A DNA stretch of 64,000 bases, taken from NCBI GenBank assembly GCA_963845535.1, contig CAWJSK010000021.1:1-64000 (forward strand), in the 5' to 3' direction. The position numbers and the translations under genes were made by a program. The stretch's first letter is position 1. Each line of letters begins with the position of its first letter. The notes below the pieces were generated by a model. That model was not told the DNA's origin, did not search any database, and was given only the letters and a program-made list of their open reading frames with translations. This document shows, piece by piece, positions 9,768 through 19,700 of this stretch. This DNA is from an uncultured Spirochaetota bacterium. GTDB taxonomy: Bacteria; Spirochaetota; Spirochaetia; SZUA-6; Fen-1364.

Positions 9768-11184
9768 GGGGCTGCCGCTTGGAAAGCCGGTAGAACCGAT
9801 CCTTGGGGATCCCCGATTGCCTCACCGCTTCCATGACGGAGCCTCCCGCCCGGCGAAGCACCGCCTCGAGGATCTTGTCTTCAATAGTATCAAGCAGCGC
9901 GGGACCCTCCGCGAGCTGTCCGCAGATGAGATCAAGCGCCGCATCCACCGTGCTCGCGGGGCTTTCCTGCGGCCCGACGACCCCCTCGAAAGAGGATTCG
10001 GGGAGCGTCCCCGCCTGCGGATCAGTCATGATGAGGGCGCGCTTGACGGTGTTCTCCAGCTCCCGTACGTTGCCTGGCCACGCGTACCCCGTGAGCAGGT
10101 CCAGGACGCGGGAGTCGATCCCGGGCTTCCGGCGGTTGAGCTCCATGCAGAACACATCCAGGAAATGGTCCACCAGGAGAGGAATGTCTTCCGTGCGTTC
10201 CCGAAGCGGCGGGAGATGGAGGTGGAGGGTGGCAAGGCGGAAGTACAGGTCCTCCCGGAAGCTTCCCTTCTTCGATTCCTCCCGAAGGTCCCTGTTGGAT
10301 GCCGAGATGAGCCGGAAGTCCACGCGAATCTGGCGGTTGCTCCCCACTCTTTCCACTGTCTTGTCTTGAACCACGTGAAGGAGCCGGGATTGAAGCTCCA
10401 GCTTCAGCTCGCTCACCTCGTCCAGGAAGAGGGTCCCGCCCTCTGCTTCTTCAATCTTGCCCTTGCGGTCCTTGTACGCCCCGGAGAAAGCCCCGCGCGT
10501 GGAGCCGAACAGCTCGCTCTCGATGAGCGACTCGGGGATTGCGCCGCAGTTTATCTTCACGAAAGGTCCGTTCTTGCGGCGGCTGCCCGTGTGTATCACG
10601 CGGGTAAAGAGCTCCTTCCCGGTCCCCGTTTCACCGGTGAGGAGGACGTTCTCATCCGTCTTCGCGAACTGCTGGGCCCGCCGCATGGACTGGGCAATGC
10701 CGGCGTTGGACCCGACCACCCGTGAGAGAACGCTGCCCGGGTCGGCCATGAGCTTCTGGTAATCCCTTCGCAGCTCTTCGACCTCGACCTGCGCGGCGCG
10801 CGACCGCTCGCTTTCCAGGATTGCGTCATCCAGGACCCTGCCCAGCTCCTCCAGGTCAAGCGGCTTCTCCAATACCCTCTGGATGAGGTTCTGGTTGATG
10901 AACTGGCGCAGGAGATCCTTGTCCGCGTAGGCGGTCAGAAGGACGCCGAACCTGTAGGAGGAAAGCCTCCGGGCCTCGATGAGCAGGTCGAGCCCGGAGA
11001 GGCCCGGCATGCGATAGTCAACGAGGACGACGTCGAAGAACTCGGCCTTCAAAGCCTTCAACGCGCGCGCGGGGTCGGAAAACCCGGTGATGTTCAGGTG
11101 CTGAAAGTAGTCCTTGATGGATTCGACGATGATAGGCTCATCATCGACAATAAGCACTTTCGCGCCTGGTTGCAGAATTTCCAT
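9748..11184 (-). CDS. sigma-54-dependent response regulator (NtrC family: REC, AAA+, HTH)
   Basis: GETGTGKE Walker A, ESELFG..GAFSGA loop, LFLDEV Walker B, FREDLYFRL, WPGNVREL. Confidence 0.93.
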   Translation of the reverse strand: MEILQPGAKVLIVDDEPIIVESIKDYFQHLNITGFSDPARALKALKAEFFDVVLVDYRMPGLSGLDLLIEARRLSSYRFGVLLTAYADKDLLRQFINQNLIQRVLEKPLDLEELGRVLDDAILESERSRAAQVEVEELRRDYQKLMADPGSVLSRVVGSNAGIAQSMRRAQQFAKTDENVLLTGETGTGKELFTRVIHTGSRRKNGPFVKINCGAIPESLIESELFGSTRGAFSGAYKDRKGKIEEAEGGTLFLDEVSELKLELQSRLLHVVQDKTVERVGSNRQIRVDFRLISASNRDLREESKKGSFREDLYFRLATLHLHLPPLRERTEDIPLLVDHFLDVFCMELNRRKPGIDSRVLDLLTGYAWPGNVRELENTVKRALIMTDPQAGTLPESSFEGVVGPQESPASTVDAALDLICGQLAEGPALLDTIEDKILEAVLRRAGGSVMEAVRQSGIPKDRFYRLSKRQPLSTKEP

Positions 11185-11267
11185 TCTATATCCGTTTCTT
11201 GAATGCCGCCTGTTTGCAAGAACTATATGCAGTGAAATCCGTCAACGCAAGGCAAACCGGCAGTTTT

Positions 11268-11304
11268 TTTCGCATTTCGCGAAAAACTTTCTCGCTTTGC
11301 GAAA
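11268..11304. promoter_or_regulatory. Paired palindromes, candidate enhancer for a sigma-54 activator
   Basis: TTTCGC-N5-GCGAAA (11268-11284) and TTTCTC-N5-GCGAAA (11288-11304), 20 bp apart, about 80-115 bp upstream of a -24/-12 element. Confidence 0.6.
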
Positions 11305-11383
11305 GCGACTCCGAGGAAACGTAAAAAACAAGGCGAAATCGTCGGTCAATCGGTCAAATAGGGCCCAAAAGCGCAGTCCGGCG

Positions 11384-11399
11384 TGGCACGCGAATTGCA
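11384..11399 (+). promoter_or_regulatory. sigma-54 (-24/-12) promoter
   Basis: TGGCACGCGAATTGCA matches TGGCAC-N5-TTGCW exactly and is divergent from an NtrC-family gene. Confidence 0.8.
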
Positions 11400-11478
11400 A
11401 GTAAGTAAAATGAAAGTCTTGTATTGAAAACGTACCCCCAAAAGGGGGCCTGGGGTAAGCGGCGGTGGGCGCGCAGGG

Positions 11479-12639
11479 TCAGGGCTGACTCGGCTTGTAG
11501 GGCGCGCGTATCTTGGAAAGGATCTTCTGCTCGGTGGTATCCACGACATCGGGAATGGAGAAGAAGCGCTCCAGGAACATCCCCGCCGCCCCGTAGGCAA
11601 CCGCCTTGTCCCCCAGGGTGGCGAACTCAATGGCGCACTCCACCGTATTATCGTACGACCAGTTGCGCCGGATCTCCTCCCTGAGAATCCTCGTCACGTC
11701 CTCCGCATAAGCGCTGATCTCCCCGCCGAACACCACGCACGTGAGATTGAGCAGGTTCACCAGCAAGGCGATGTGGGCGCACAGCTCTCGAAGGACTTTG
11801 AGCAGGACGGCGCGGTCCTTCCTGATGGCCTTTGCGGCGGAGTCGCTGAGGGAGAACTGGCCCTGGTTCGGCTCTTTCCACAGGATGCTCTGAAACTCGC
11901 CCGCTGAGAAATCCTCCCCGTAATGGACCTTCCCGTTGAGGACGAAGGCGAACCCCACGGCAATTCCCCAGTAGCCGGATTTCACCGTGCGGCCTTCGCG
12001 AAACTCGCCAAGGACGAACAGGAAGTTCGTATGCCTCTCGGTCTTCTTGAAGGCAAGCTCCCCCCAGCAGCAGCATTTCGCGTCGTTCTCGATCAGCACC
12101 GGCACGTCCTGCCGGGAGGCAACGGCGCGGTAGAAGTCCACCGGTTCATGGATGTTCAACGGGTTGGACTTTTCGATGATGCCCCGGTGAGGGTCGATGA
12201 TTCCCGCCGTTGCGACCCCGATTCCGATCAACGGCAGGCCGATGCGCCGGGTCTCCCTGCGCAGCCGGGCCGTCAAGTCCAGGAAGGTCGAGACGATATC
12301 CGTTTCGAAGCGAATTTCCCCTGATTCCGAATGGATCACCTCTCCCAGCATGTCGGCGGCCACGGCCGTGTAGCGGTCCGTCTGTATTTCAAGTCCGAGA
12401 ATGTGGCCGTAGCGCCCGTTGACCATGAGGTGGGTCGGACGCCTGCCCCCGGTCGGGCCGGACTCCCCGGACTTCACCCGTTTGACGAGGTTGCGCTTCA
12501 TGAGCGCCGCCACGATGTTGGTCACCGTGGACTTGCCCAGCCCCAGCTCGCGCGCAATCTCCACCCGGCTGATCCCTTTGCTGAACCAGAGCTTCTGCAG
12601 CACGCGGGAAACGTTTATTTCGTTCAACGTGTTGTTCAT
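11479..12639 (-). CDS. ROK family transcriptional repressor (XylR/NagC-like)
   Basis: N-terminal HTH (ISRVEIARELGLGKSTVTNIV), GGRRP, IENDA, GE motifs. Confidence 0.92.
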   Translation of the reverse strand: MNNTLNEINVSRVLQKLWFSKGISRVEIARELGLGKSTVTNIVAALMKRNLVKRVKSGESGPTGGRRPTHLMVNGRYGHILGLEIQTDRYTAVAADMLGEVIHSESGEIRFETDIVSTFLDLTARLRRETRRIGLPLIGIGVATAGIIDPHRGIIEKSNPLNIHEPVDFYRAVASRQDVPVLIENDAKCCCWGELAFKKTERHTNFLFVLGEFREGRTVKSGYWGIAVGFAFVLNGKVHYGEDFSAGEFQSILWKEPNQGQFSLSDSAAKAIRKDRAVLLKVLRELCAHIALLVNLLNLTCVVFGGEISAYAEDVTRILREEIRRNWSYDNTVECAIEFATLGDKAVAYGAAGMFLERFFSIPDVVDTTEQKILSKIRAPYKPSQP

Positions 12640-12667
12640 GGTGTCCCGGTATCATAGCACGCGGGCC

Positions 12668-12706
12668 GCGCGTCACTCACGCATACAGCGCGTCACTCGC
12701 GCATAC
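12668..12706. repeat. 20-bp-period tandem duplication spanning the GH16 stop codon
   Basis: GCGCGTCACTC[A/G]CGCATAC occurs twice in tandem. Confidence 0.7.
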
Positions 12707-13502
12707 GGGTGACCTTCACCCAGTCCACCAGCATCCGGGCGCTTCCCGCCTTGACGGACGCCACCGTCTCCGCCGGCAGGCCTCGGTACGGTTGGCGGAC
12801 GCCGTTCGTCTTGAACGGGAACGTCCCCCCCAGCGCGAAGTTCAGGATGAGGTGCTTGGCGCCGTCATATGCCCACCGCCCGTGGAACTCAACCATGGCA
12901 CGGGAAACGCGGTACAGCATCCGTCCGTCCACGCGGAACACGAGGCTTCGGGGTGACCACTCCACGGAGTAGGTGTGCCACTGGACCGCCTCATCCCCGG
13001 GAGAGAAGTAGAGCCGATTCGTGAGAGCCATCTCCCCGGCGTAGCCGGGACCGTGGAGCGCCGCGCTCACCCAGTCCGCCTCACCGACGTTTTCCATGAT
13101 GTCGATCTCACCGCAGTCCGGCCATTTCGCTTCATCCCCCAACGCCCAGAACGCGGGCCACAGGCCGGCCCCGTGCGCCAGCATGATCCGCGCCTCCACG
13201 GTTCCGTAGGTGAACTGGATCTTCTCCCGCGTGTCGATGCGTCCGGAAATGAAATCGAACTCCCTGCCTTCCAGGGTGCGAAAGCCCGGGCAGAACCTCG
13301 GCTGGAGGGAGAGGATGCCGTGAGCGCCGAGCGCGGACCCGTCAGGGTCGACGCTGATGGTGTCGGGGGAGTCGACGTACGCCTGCTGCTCGTCGTTGAC
13401 CGTCGCGCCCGTCACCCGCACGTTCCATGCGCGCCTGTCCAGCGCCTCAGCCGTGAAGTCATCGAAAAACACCAGGAGGGCCGGATCCACGGGTTGGCTC
13501 AT
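12693..13502 (-). CDS. Glycoside hydrolase family 16 (laminarinase/beta-1,3-glucanase-like), no signal peptide
   Basis: WPAFW and GEIDIME catalytic motif. ATGA overlap with the upstream permease. Confidence 0.9.
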   Translation of the reverse strand: MSQPVDPALLVFFDDFTAEALDRRAWNVRVTGATVNDEQQAYVDSPDTISVDPDGSALGAHGILSLQPRFCPGFRTLEGREFDFISGRIDTREKIQFTYGTVEARIMLAHGAGLWPAFWALGDEAKWPDCGEIDIMENVGEADWVSAALHGPGYAGEMALTNRLYFSPGDEAVQWHTYSVEWSPRSLVFRVDGRMLYRVSRAMVEFHGRWAYDGAKHLILNFALGGTFPFKTNGVRQPYRGLPAETVASVKAGSARMLVDWVKVTRMRE

Positions 13503-14356
13503 CCTCGAACGGACCCTTGGAGGACCCCTGCATAGATCCACCGCTGCAGCGCCAGGAACAGCACCGCGATGGGAACGGTGAGCATGAGGATGGCCGCGGC
13601 GAGAGTGGTCCAGTCGTTGCCGTATTGTCCGTAGAAGACCATCAGGCCGCGGGTGATGGGCATGAGGGACTTCTTGGGAAGGTAGATCAGCGGGGTGACG
13701 TATTCATTCCAGATTCCGATGGCGTGCAGAACAATGACGCTTGCGAGGGCCGGCTTGATGAGCGGGAACATCACCCGGAGCACGAACCGCGCGTAGCCGC
13801 TGCCGTCCATCGCGGCGGCCTCATCCAGCTCCCGGGGAATGGAGCGGATGTAATTCACGAGGATCACGATGCCAATGGGGTCGACGAGGAAGAGCAGGAT
13901 GTAGCCCACGGGCGTGTTGTACAGGCGCAGGCGAAGCATGAGCTGAAACTGCGGGATGAGGGCGTAGGGAAGAAAGAGCGCCACGACGAAAAGGCTGAAG
14001 AGGAAACGGCTGCCCCTCACGTACCGGCGCGCAATGGGAAACGCAACGAAGACCGCCGTCAGCACGTACACCCCCGTCGCAACCGCGGTGTACAGCAGGG
14101 AGTTCCGCAGATAGAGGGGGAAGTTGGCCTTGTTCCAGGCCGTGACGAAGTTCGAGAACTGCGGTTGCCGCGCCAGCGCCGTGGGATCAAGGCTGAACTC
14201 CTGGCGCGATTGGAGGGACACGTTCACCACGGTGAGAAGCGGCCCCAGGTAGACGGCGGCAAGGACCAGGAGGATGATGAACATGAGGAAGCGAGCGGGA
14301 CCCAGGGGACGGCGACCTGCCGGCAGCCCTCGTGATGCGGGCGTCACACCGCTCAT
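13499..14356 (-). CDS. Carbohydrate ABC transporter permease (MalG-type)
   Basis: IPRELDEAAAMDG EAA motif, multiple TM segments, ATGA overlap. Confidence 0.92.
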   Translation of the reverse strand: MSGVTPASRGLPAGRRPLGPARFLMFIILLVLAAVYLGPLLTVVNVSLQSRQEFSLDPTALARQPQFSNFVTAWNKANFPLYLRNSLLYTAVATGVYVLTAVFVAFPIARRYVRGSRFLFSLFVVALFLPYALIPQFQLMLRLRLYNTPVGYILLFLVDPIGIVILVNYIRSIPRELDEAAAMDGSGYARFVLRVMFPLIKPALASVIVLHAIGIWNEYVTPLIYLPKKSLMPITRGLMVFYGQYGNDWTTLAAAILMLTVPIAVLFLALQRWIYAGVLQGSVRG

Positions 14357-15288
14357 CCCAGCACCCTCCTCTCCCGCCGTCCCATGAGGAACTGCGCGCT
14401 CATCCCGATGATGAGAACGAGCACGAACAGCACGACGGATGCCGCGGCGCCGTAACCCTGGCGCATGGCGACGGCAGTCGGGTTGGCAACGGTCCGGCCG
14501 AAGGCGATTGCGTAGATGATCAGGCCGAGGACCTGCGTGCCGTTTGTCACGCCTTTCATTACGAGCAGGAGCTGCCACGCCTGCAGGGACCCGATGATGG
14601 CAAGCGTGAGGTTCGTGTTCAGGCTGGGGGTCAGAAGCGGAAACGTGACGTGGCGGAACGACTGCCATCCGCTTGCGCCGTCCATCCGCGAGGCCTCTAC
14701 CAGCTCGGACGGGATGGTCTGGAGTCCGCCCAGGAATATGACCATGGTGACCCCCATGTTGGCCCAGATCTGGACCCAGGTGACCCAGAGGAAAGCCTGA
14801 AAAGGCGGGCCGCCGAGGAACTCGCTGTGCCCTCCCAGGGCGGTCAGAAGCTTCTGCGCGGGACCGCCCAGCGGGTAGAGGAAGAGGGTCCAGGTCAGAC
14901 CGACGATCGTCACGCCGAGGATCACGGGAAAGAAGAATATCGTCCGAAAAACCGTTGTCGCTGCCAGTCGCTGGTTCAGGAGCATTGCCGCAAGCAGCCC
15001 GAGCCCGGTCTGGATGACAGTCACCAGGAGGGAGAACTCGAGAGTGCGAACGAGCACCGCCGCGTTGTCCCTGACGTTTTGTCCCAGGAAAAGGAACTCG
15101 TGGTAATTGGAGAGACCCACGAACCGTGTCGGCGCGCCGATAAGGCCCGATGCGTCCGTAAATGAGTAGAACACCGTGGCCAGCGAAGGCCCAAGGGAAA
15201 TGACCGCATAGAGCAACATCCCGGGCAGGAGAAGAAGGTACGGGACCAGCCGCGAAGCCTTCCCCCCGAAGTGGTAGGCAAGCCTCAT
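14353..15288 (-). CDS. Carbohydrate ABC transporter permease (MalF-type)
   Basis: FVGLSNY, IPSELVEASRMDGA, TM segments. Confidence 0.92.
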   Translation of the reverse strand: MRLAYHFGGKASRLVPYLLLLPGMLLYAVISLGPSLATVFYSFTDASGLIGAPTRFVGLSNYHEFLFLGQNVRDNAAVLVRTLEFSLLVTVIQTGLGLLAAMLLNQRLAATTVFRTIFFFPVILGVTIVGLTWTLFLYPLGGPAQKLLTALGGHSEFLGGPPFQAFLWVTWVQIWANMGVTMVIFLGGLQTIPSELVEASRMDGASGWQSFRHVTFPLLTPSLNTNLTLAIIGSLQAWQLLLVMKGVTNGTQVLGLIIYAIAFGRTVANPTAVAMRQGYGAAASVVLFVLVLIIGMSAQFLMGRRERRVLG

Positions 15289-15293
15289 CCAAT

Positions 15294-15317
15294 CACTCCT
15301 TCGCGCACTCCTTCGCG
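15294..15317. repeat. 12-bp tandem duplication of the permease RBS region
   Basis: CACTCCTTCGCG x2 (reads CGCGAAGGAGTG on the minus strand). Confidence 0.65.
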
Positions 15318-15353
15318 ACGACCGGGGGAGAGTGAAGCGGCGCCTTTTCTTTC

Positions 15354-16637
15354 TTAGCGGCTTGCCTTCAGACCGGCATCCAGGTCGGCCTGGGCCTGGT
15401 CAGCCAGCTTCTGGGCGTCGTCCCACTGGTTGAACGGCTTGAAGAACGATGCGTTGGGCTGAGCCCACTGTCCATAGCCCTTCGGGCTCACCCACAGCAG
15501 CTCATACCCGAGGCGGAAGTTGGCAAGGTACGGAGCCACTTCACGGCCAAGAACCGTGTTCAGCTTTGCCGTGGGCTGCGTCGGCGTGATGCCGGTTGCA
15601 TTGACGTATGCCTGGTAGTTCTCCGGGGTGGAGAAAAAGGCCAGCCATTTCATGGCAGCATCTCTCTTCTCCGTGCCCGCGGCCACGACCCAACCCACGT
15701 CATATTTGCCGGCAAGGTACTTGTTGTCCGCCGGCGTGTCGCTTCCGGGCATGGGGAAGTAGCCGAAGTTCAGCTTCGGGTTCGCCGCGGCGATGGCGGG
15801 GGCGTCCCACGAGCCGGCGGGATACATGGCGGCGGCTCCCGAGGCGAAGCGGCCCGGCGCGGCGTCGAAGCCAATTCCGCTTGCGCCCGGCTCGATCATG
15901 TCACGGGCCAGGACCTGCATCTTCTTCCACATGTCCACGGAGCGCGCGTCATTCCATTTGATCGTGCCGCTCCAGAGCCCCTTCACGAGCGCCGCCTGGT
16001 CGGGGTAGGCGGAGAGGAGTATGCCGTAGCCCGCCACGAGCACCGGCCATCCGTCCTTGCCGCCCGCAGTCATGGGAGCAACCTTGTTTTTCTTGAACGT
16101 CTGGCACGCGGCTACGAGCTGAGCCCAGGTGGTGGGGACTTTCACCCCGTACTTCTTGAACAGGTCCTTGTTGTAGAACACGCCGGTGAATGCATAGCGG
16201 CCGGTGTTCACTTCATAGACTTTCCCGTTGAATGATCCCGCGTCCCTGATGGCGGCAGCGTCGTAGTTCTTCAGGAACGGCTGGCCGGAGAGGTCCATGA
16301 GCAGGCCGGCCTCGATGAGCGTCTGCCAGTTGGGTTTATCCGCGCCCTTCATGAAGGGCTGGATTCCCTGGGCAAAGCCGAACATGTCGATGATGTCCAC
16401 GTCCCCCGCCGTGAGCCGCGTCTGCGTCGAGGTAGCCAGCTCGTCCGCCTTTACCACGGAGACGTTCACCGTGATGTCGGGGTACTGCTTCTGGAACTTC
16501 TCATTGAAAGAGGCAATGTAGTCCACCAGCGGTGCGTTCTGGTGGATGAGAAGCTCAAGAGTCGTCCCCTGGGAAAAGAGGGAGAGCGGCACGACGGCGA
16601 GCACGGCCGCCGCGAAAAAGATCCTTCGCAATCTCAT
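15354..16637 (-). CDS. Carbohydrate ABC transporter substrate-binding protein
   Basis: Signal peptide MRLRRIFFAAAVLAVV, FYNKDLFKKYGVKVPTTW, AAMYPAGSW. AAGGAGG RBS. Confidence 0.92.
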   Translation of the reverse strand: MRLRRIFFAAAVLAVVPLSLFSQGTTLELLIHQNAPLVDYIASFNEKFQKQYPDITVNVSVVKADELATSTQTRLTAGDVDIIDMFGFAQGIQPFMKGADKPNWQTLIEAGLLMDLSGQPFLKNYDAAAIRDAGSFNGKVYEVNTGRYAFTGVFYNKDLFKKYGVKVPTTWAQLVAACQTFKKNKVAPMTAGGKDGWPVLVAGYGILLSAYPDQAALVKGLWSGTIKWNDARSVDMWKKMQVLARDMIEPGASGIGFDAAPGRFASGAAAMYPAGSWDAPAIAAANPKLNFGYFPMPGSDTPADNKYLAGKYDVGWVVAAGTEKRDAAMKWLAFFSTPENYQAYVNATGITPTQPTAKLNTVLGREVAPYLANFRLGYELLWVSPKGYGQWAQPNASFFKPFNQWDDAQKLADQAQADLDAGLKASR

Positions 16638-16650
16638 GTCTCGTTCCTCC

Positions 16651-16675
16651 TTAGTTCGTTTCATGACCGAACTAA
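16651..16675. promoter_or_regulatory. ROK/XylR-type operator
   Basis: 25-bp palindrome TTAGTTCG-N9-CGAACTAA between promoter and RBS, similar in form to known XylR operators. Confidence 0.75.
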
Positions 16676-16680
16676 CGTGC

Positions 16681-16708
16681 AGGATACCACAGCGTGGGCA
16701 TTTGTCAA
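16681..16708 (-). promoter_or_regulatory. sigma-70 promoter of the sugar ABC-GH16 operon
   Basis: TTGACA-16 bp-TATCCT with a TG extension on the minus strand. Confidence 0.65.
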
Positions 16709-16735
16709 CAAGTTTATCAATCAGATCTCCCCTCT

Positions 16736-19700
16736 TCACTTCCCCTGCAGGACGCGGTCCACCATGGCCAGAAGCTCCCGCGGGCTGAAGGGCTTGCGCA
16801 GGAAGTTCACCCCTTCCTCGAGGGCCCCGCGGCGGAGGATGGAGTCCTCGGTGTACCCCGAAATGTAGAGGATCCTGAGGGCGGGGAAGACCGACGCCAT
16901 CCTGTTCGCGAGCTCCCGCCCCCCCATTTCCGGCATGATCATGTCGGTTACCATGAGGTCGATGCACGACGACCGGGACCCGGCAACGGAGAGAGCATGC
17001 CTGCCATTGGATGCCGTGATTACCGTGTATCCCGCTTTCGACAGGATGGATGATACCAGCTCCCTCACCGTGTCCTCGTCCTCCACGAGGAGGATGGTCC
17101 CGGAAGCGGTCTTTCCAGCAGGGGCGGCGGGCAGAGCGGTGTCGCCGTCCGCCCGAGCGTCGACACGGGGAAGGAAGATGCGGAAATCGGCGCCCTTGCC
17201 CGGCTCGCTTTCGACCTGGATGAACCCCTTGCTCTGCGTCACTATCCCATACACCATCGACAGCCCGAGGCCGGTCCCCTTCCCCTGCCCTTTGGTCGTG
17301 AAAAACGGCTCGAAAATGCGGGAGCGCGACTCCTCATCCATCCCTTCGCCGGTATCCTTGAGAGAGAGCATCACGTAGTTACCGGGCGGAACGTCCCCGG
17401 GCGGAAGGATATCCCCGCCGTCTCCGCGCGTGCCCGCGGCCACCGAACGGTTGGCTGTGGCGATCATCAGGCTTCCGCCGTCCGGCATCGCGTCTCGCGC
17501 GTTCACGGCGATATTGAGGATGACCTGCTCGATCTGGCCGGGATCCGCCCTCACCGAGCCGAGGTCTCCGGCAAGCGACGTCTCCAGGCGTATGTGCTCG
17601 CCAATGAGCCTGCGCAGCATCTCCTCCAGCCCCCGTACCCGTTCGTTGATGCTCATCACCTTGGGTTGGAGAATCTGCCGACGGCTGAAAGCGAGGAGCT
17701 GATGCGTCAGGGATTTTGCGCGTGTTGCCGCATTGCGAATCTGTTCGACCTCCCCGTGGTGCGCGTCCCGCGCGCCGAGTGATTCCGTGAGGAGATCGGC
17801 ATACCCCGAGATGACCGTGAGGAGGTTGTTGAAATCATGGGCCACGCCGCCGGCCAGCCGCCCAATGGCGTCCATCTTTTGCGCTTGAAGCAGCTGCTCG
17901 TCCCGCTCCCGCAACATCTCCTCCGCGCGCCGCCGTTCGGTGATGTCGAACATCACTCCGTTGGCAATCAGCACCTTTCCCGACTGGTCTCCCAGGATGG
18001 CGCTTCGGATGTGCAGCCATCGAACCCGGCCGTCACGGGTGTTCATGCGGCACTCGAGGTCCAGGGGCTCGCCATGGGCGTCACGGTCACGCACTTCGGC
18101 AACCACGCGGTCCCTGTCCTCGTCGTGGAGCTGCCGGATCCAGAGGGCAGGGTCCGCCAGCCACTCTTCGGGAGTGAACCCGAGTATCGTTGTGACCTGG
18201 GGGCTGATGTAGACCGTACGGTTCACCCGGCCGTACTCGACGATGTAGTGGATGGCCGGAAGCTGCTCGACGAGGGACCGGTAGCGGTCCTCCATGTCCT
18301 CGCGAATGCGCCGCTCCGCCCTCGCGTTGGTGATTTCGGCCTCCAGCTGGCGGGTGCGCGCCTCCACCCGCTCCTCGAGGGACGTCTTGGCGCTCTGCAG
18401 CTCCGCGGTTGCCTCGATGAACGCGTCGGTGAGGGAGTTCACGCTGGTGACCAGCTCCGCCCAGCAGCCTTCGAAAGCCTCCGCCCGGCCCCTGATGGAA
18501 CGCTCTCCCGAACGGACCGCGTGGATGATGGAGTTCGTTTCCCCCAGCACGTTCGTGATGGCGGTCTTCATCTCGTTGAATGCGTCCGCGAGCACGGCTA
18601 CCTCGTCGCGTCGGCGGACCGTGATGGTCCTGCTCAGGTCGCCGTGCGCGACGCTGCGTGCCACCAGGACAATCCCCGCAAGCGGGCCGGTAATGGAACG
18701 GGTAATGAGCAAGGCAATGAGCAGCGCGACAAGGCTTCCCGCCGCCACGATGAGGAGGGACAACCGCGTCGACTCGTTGCGCCAATGGGAGATCATTCCA
18801 TTGGTGGATTCCACTTTCTCCGCCAAGGCCGAATTGATGCCTTGCAACGTCGAGAGCATGGCTCTTCGCTTCCGCGCAAGCTCACGCTCCGTCGACTGAA
18901 GGGCCGCCATATTCTCGGTTGCCGTGAAGCCGTCCCTTTGCAAGCTTTCGATGATCTGCCCCAGCGGGGCGAGCGCCTGCCGGCGAAGCTCCGCAATCAA
19001 CACGTCGAGGCCGGCCAGATTCTCCCGGGAAGCGCTGTCAGCCGGCGTCGAAAGGAGGGGCAGAACGTCCCTCTCCACGGTATCGAGGTACAGGGAGAAA
19101 TCTTCAATAAATGCATCCGCCCAGATCTTTTCCCCGGGCCGGACCACTCTCCGCAAGCTCTCCTTATCGGCTTCCGCAAGGCTCCTGACCGCCGTGAACC
19201 CCTTCTGTGTCGCGCCGGACGCGCCGTCGCCGTTCAGGGTGAAGTCGGGGCTTTCGCGCCGCACAATGGCATCCACGATCCTGAGATGGATCTCGTTGAC
19301 GTCGTCCACGACGGCGGCTATGACCAGCGCGTCGGAAAACCTGTTCTTTGTGGATTCGTTTTGCGCAAGACGGGGAAGCACACCTTTCTCGAACTCTGCA
19401 AGATAGTCGAGGTAGTCCTCGGCGAACGTGCCTGCGGATGGACGGAGGCGGGACTCGCCGGACAGTCTCTGCACGACAGCGATGTCCTGAAGCGCCGAGG
19501 TCTCGATACGGGCGAACTCCGCCTGGATCTCCGGGAAGTTCTGCGTGATGACTCCGTTCGTGACAATGGCCTGGACCTCGGACACGTGCAGGATGACGTC
19601 CCTGATGGCGAGCATCTCCTGGGAGCTCTCCAGGAGCTCCGTGCGAAGAGCCGAAAGGCTTCGGGCCAATCGGATCTGGGAGACCAGCACGGCTCCCAGG

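Noticed and set aside
13499..15292. 597-aa ORF suggesting a fused double permease
   Set aside because: The upstream part is an off-frame read of the neighbouring permease. The real gene starts at 14356 with an ATGA overlap.
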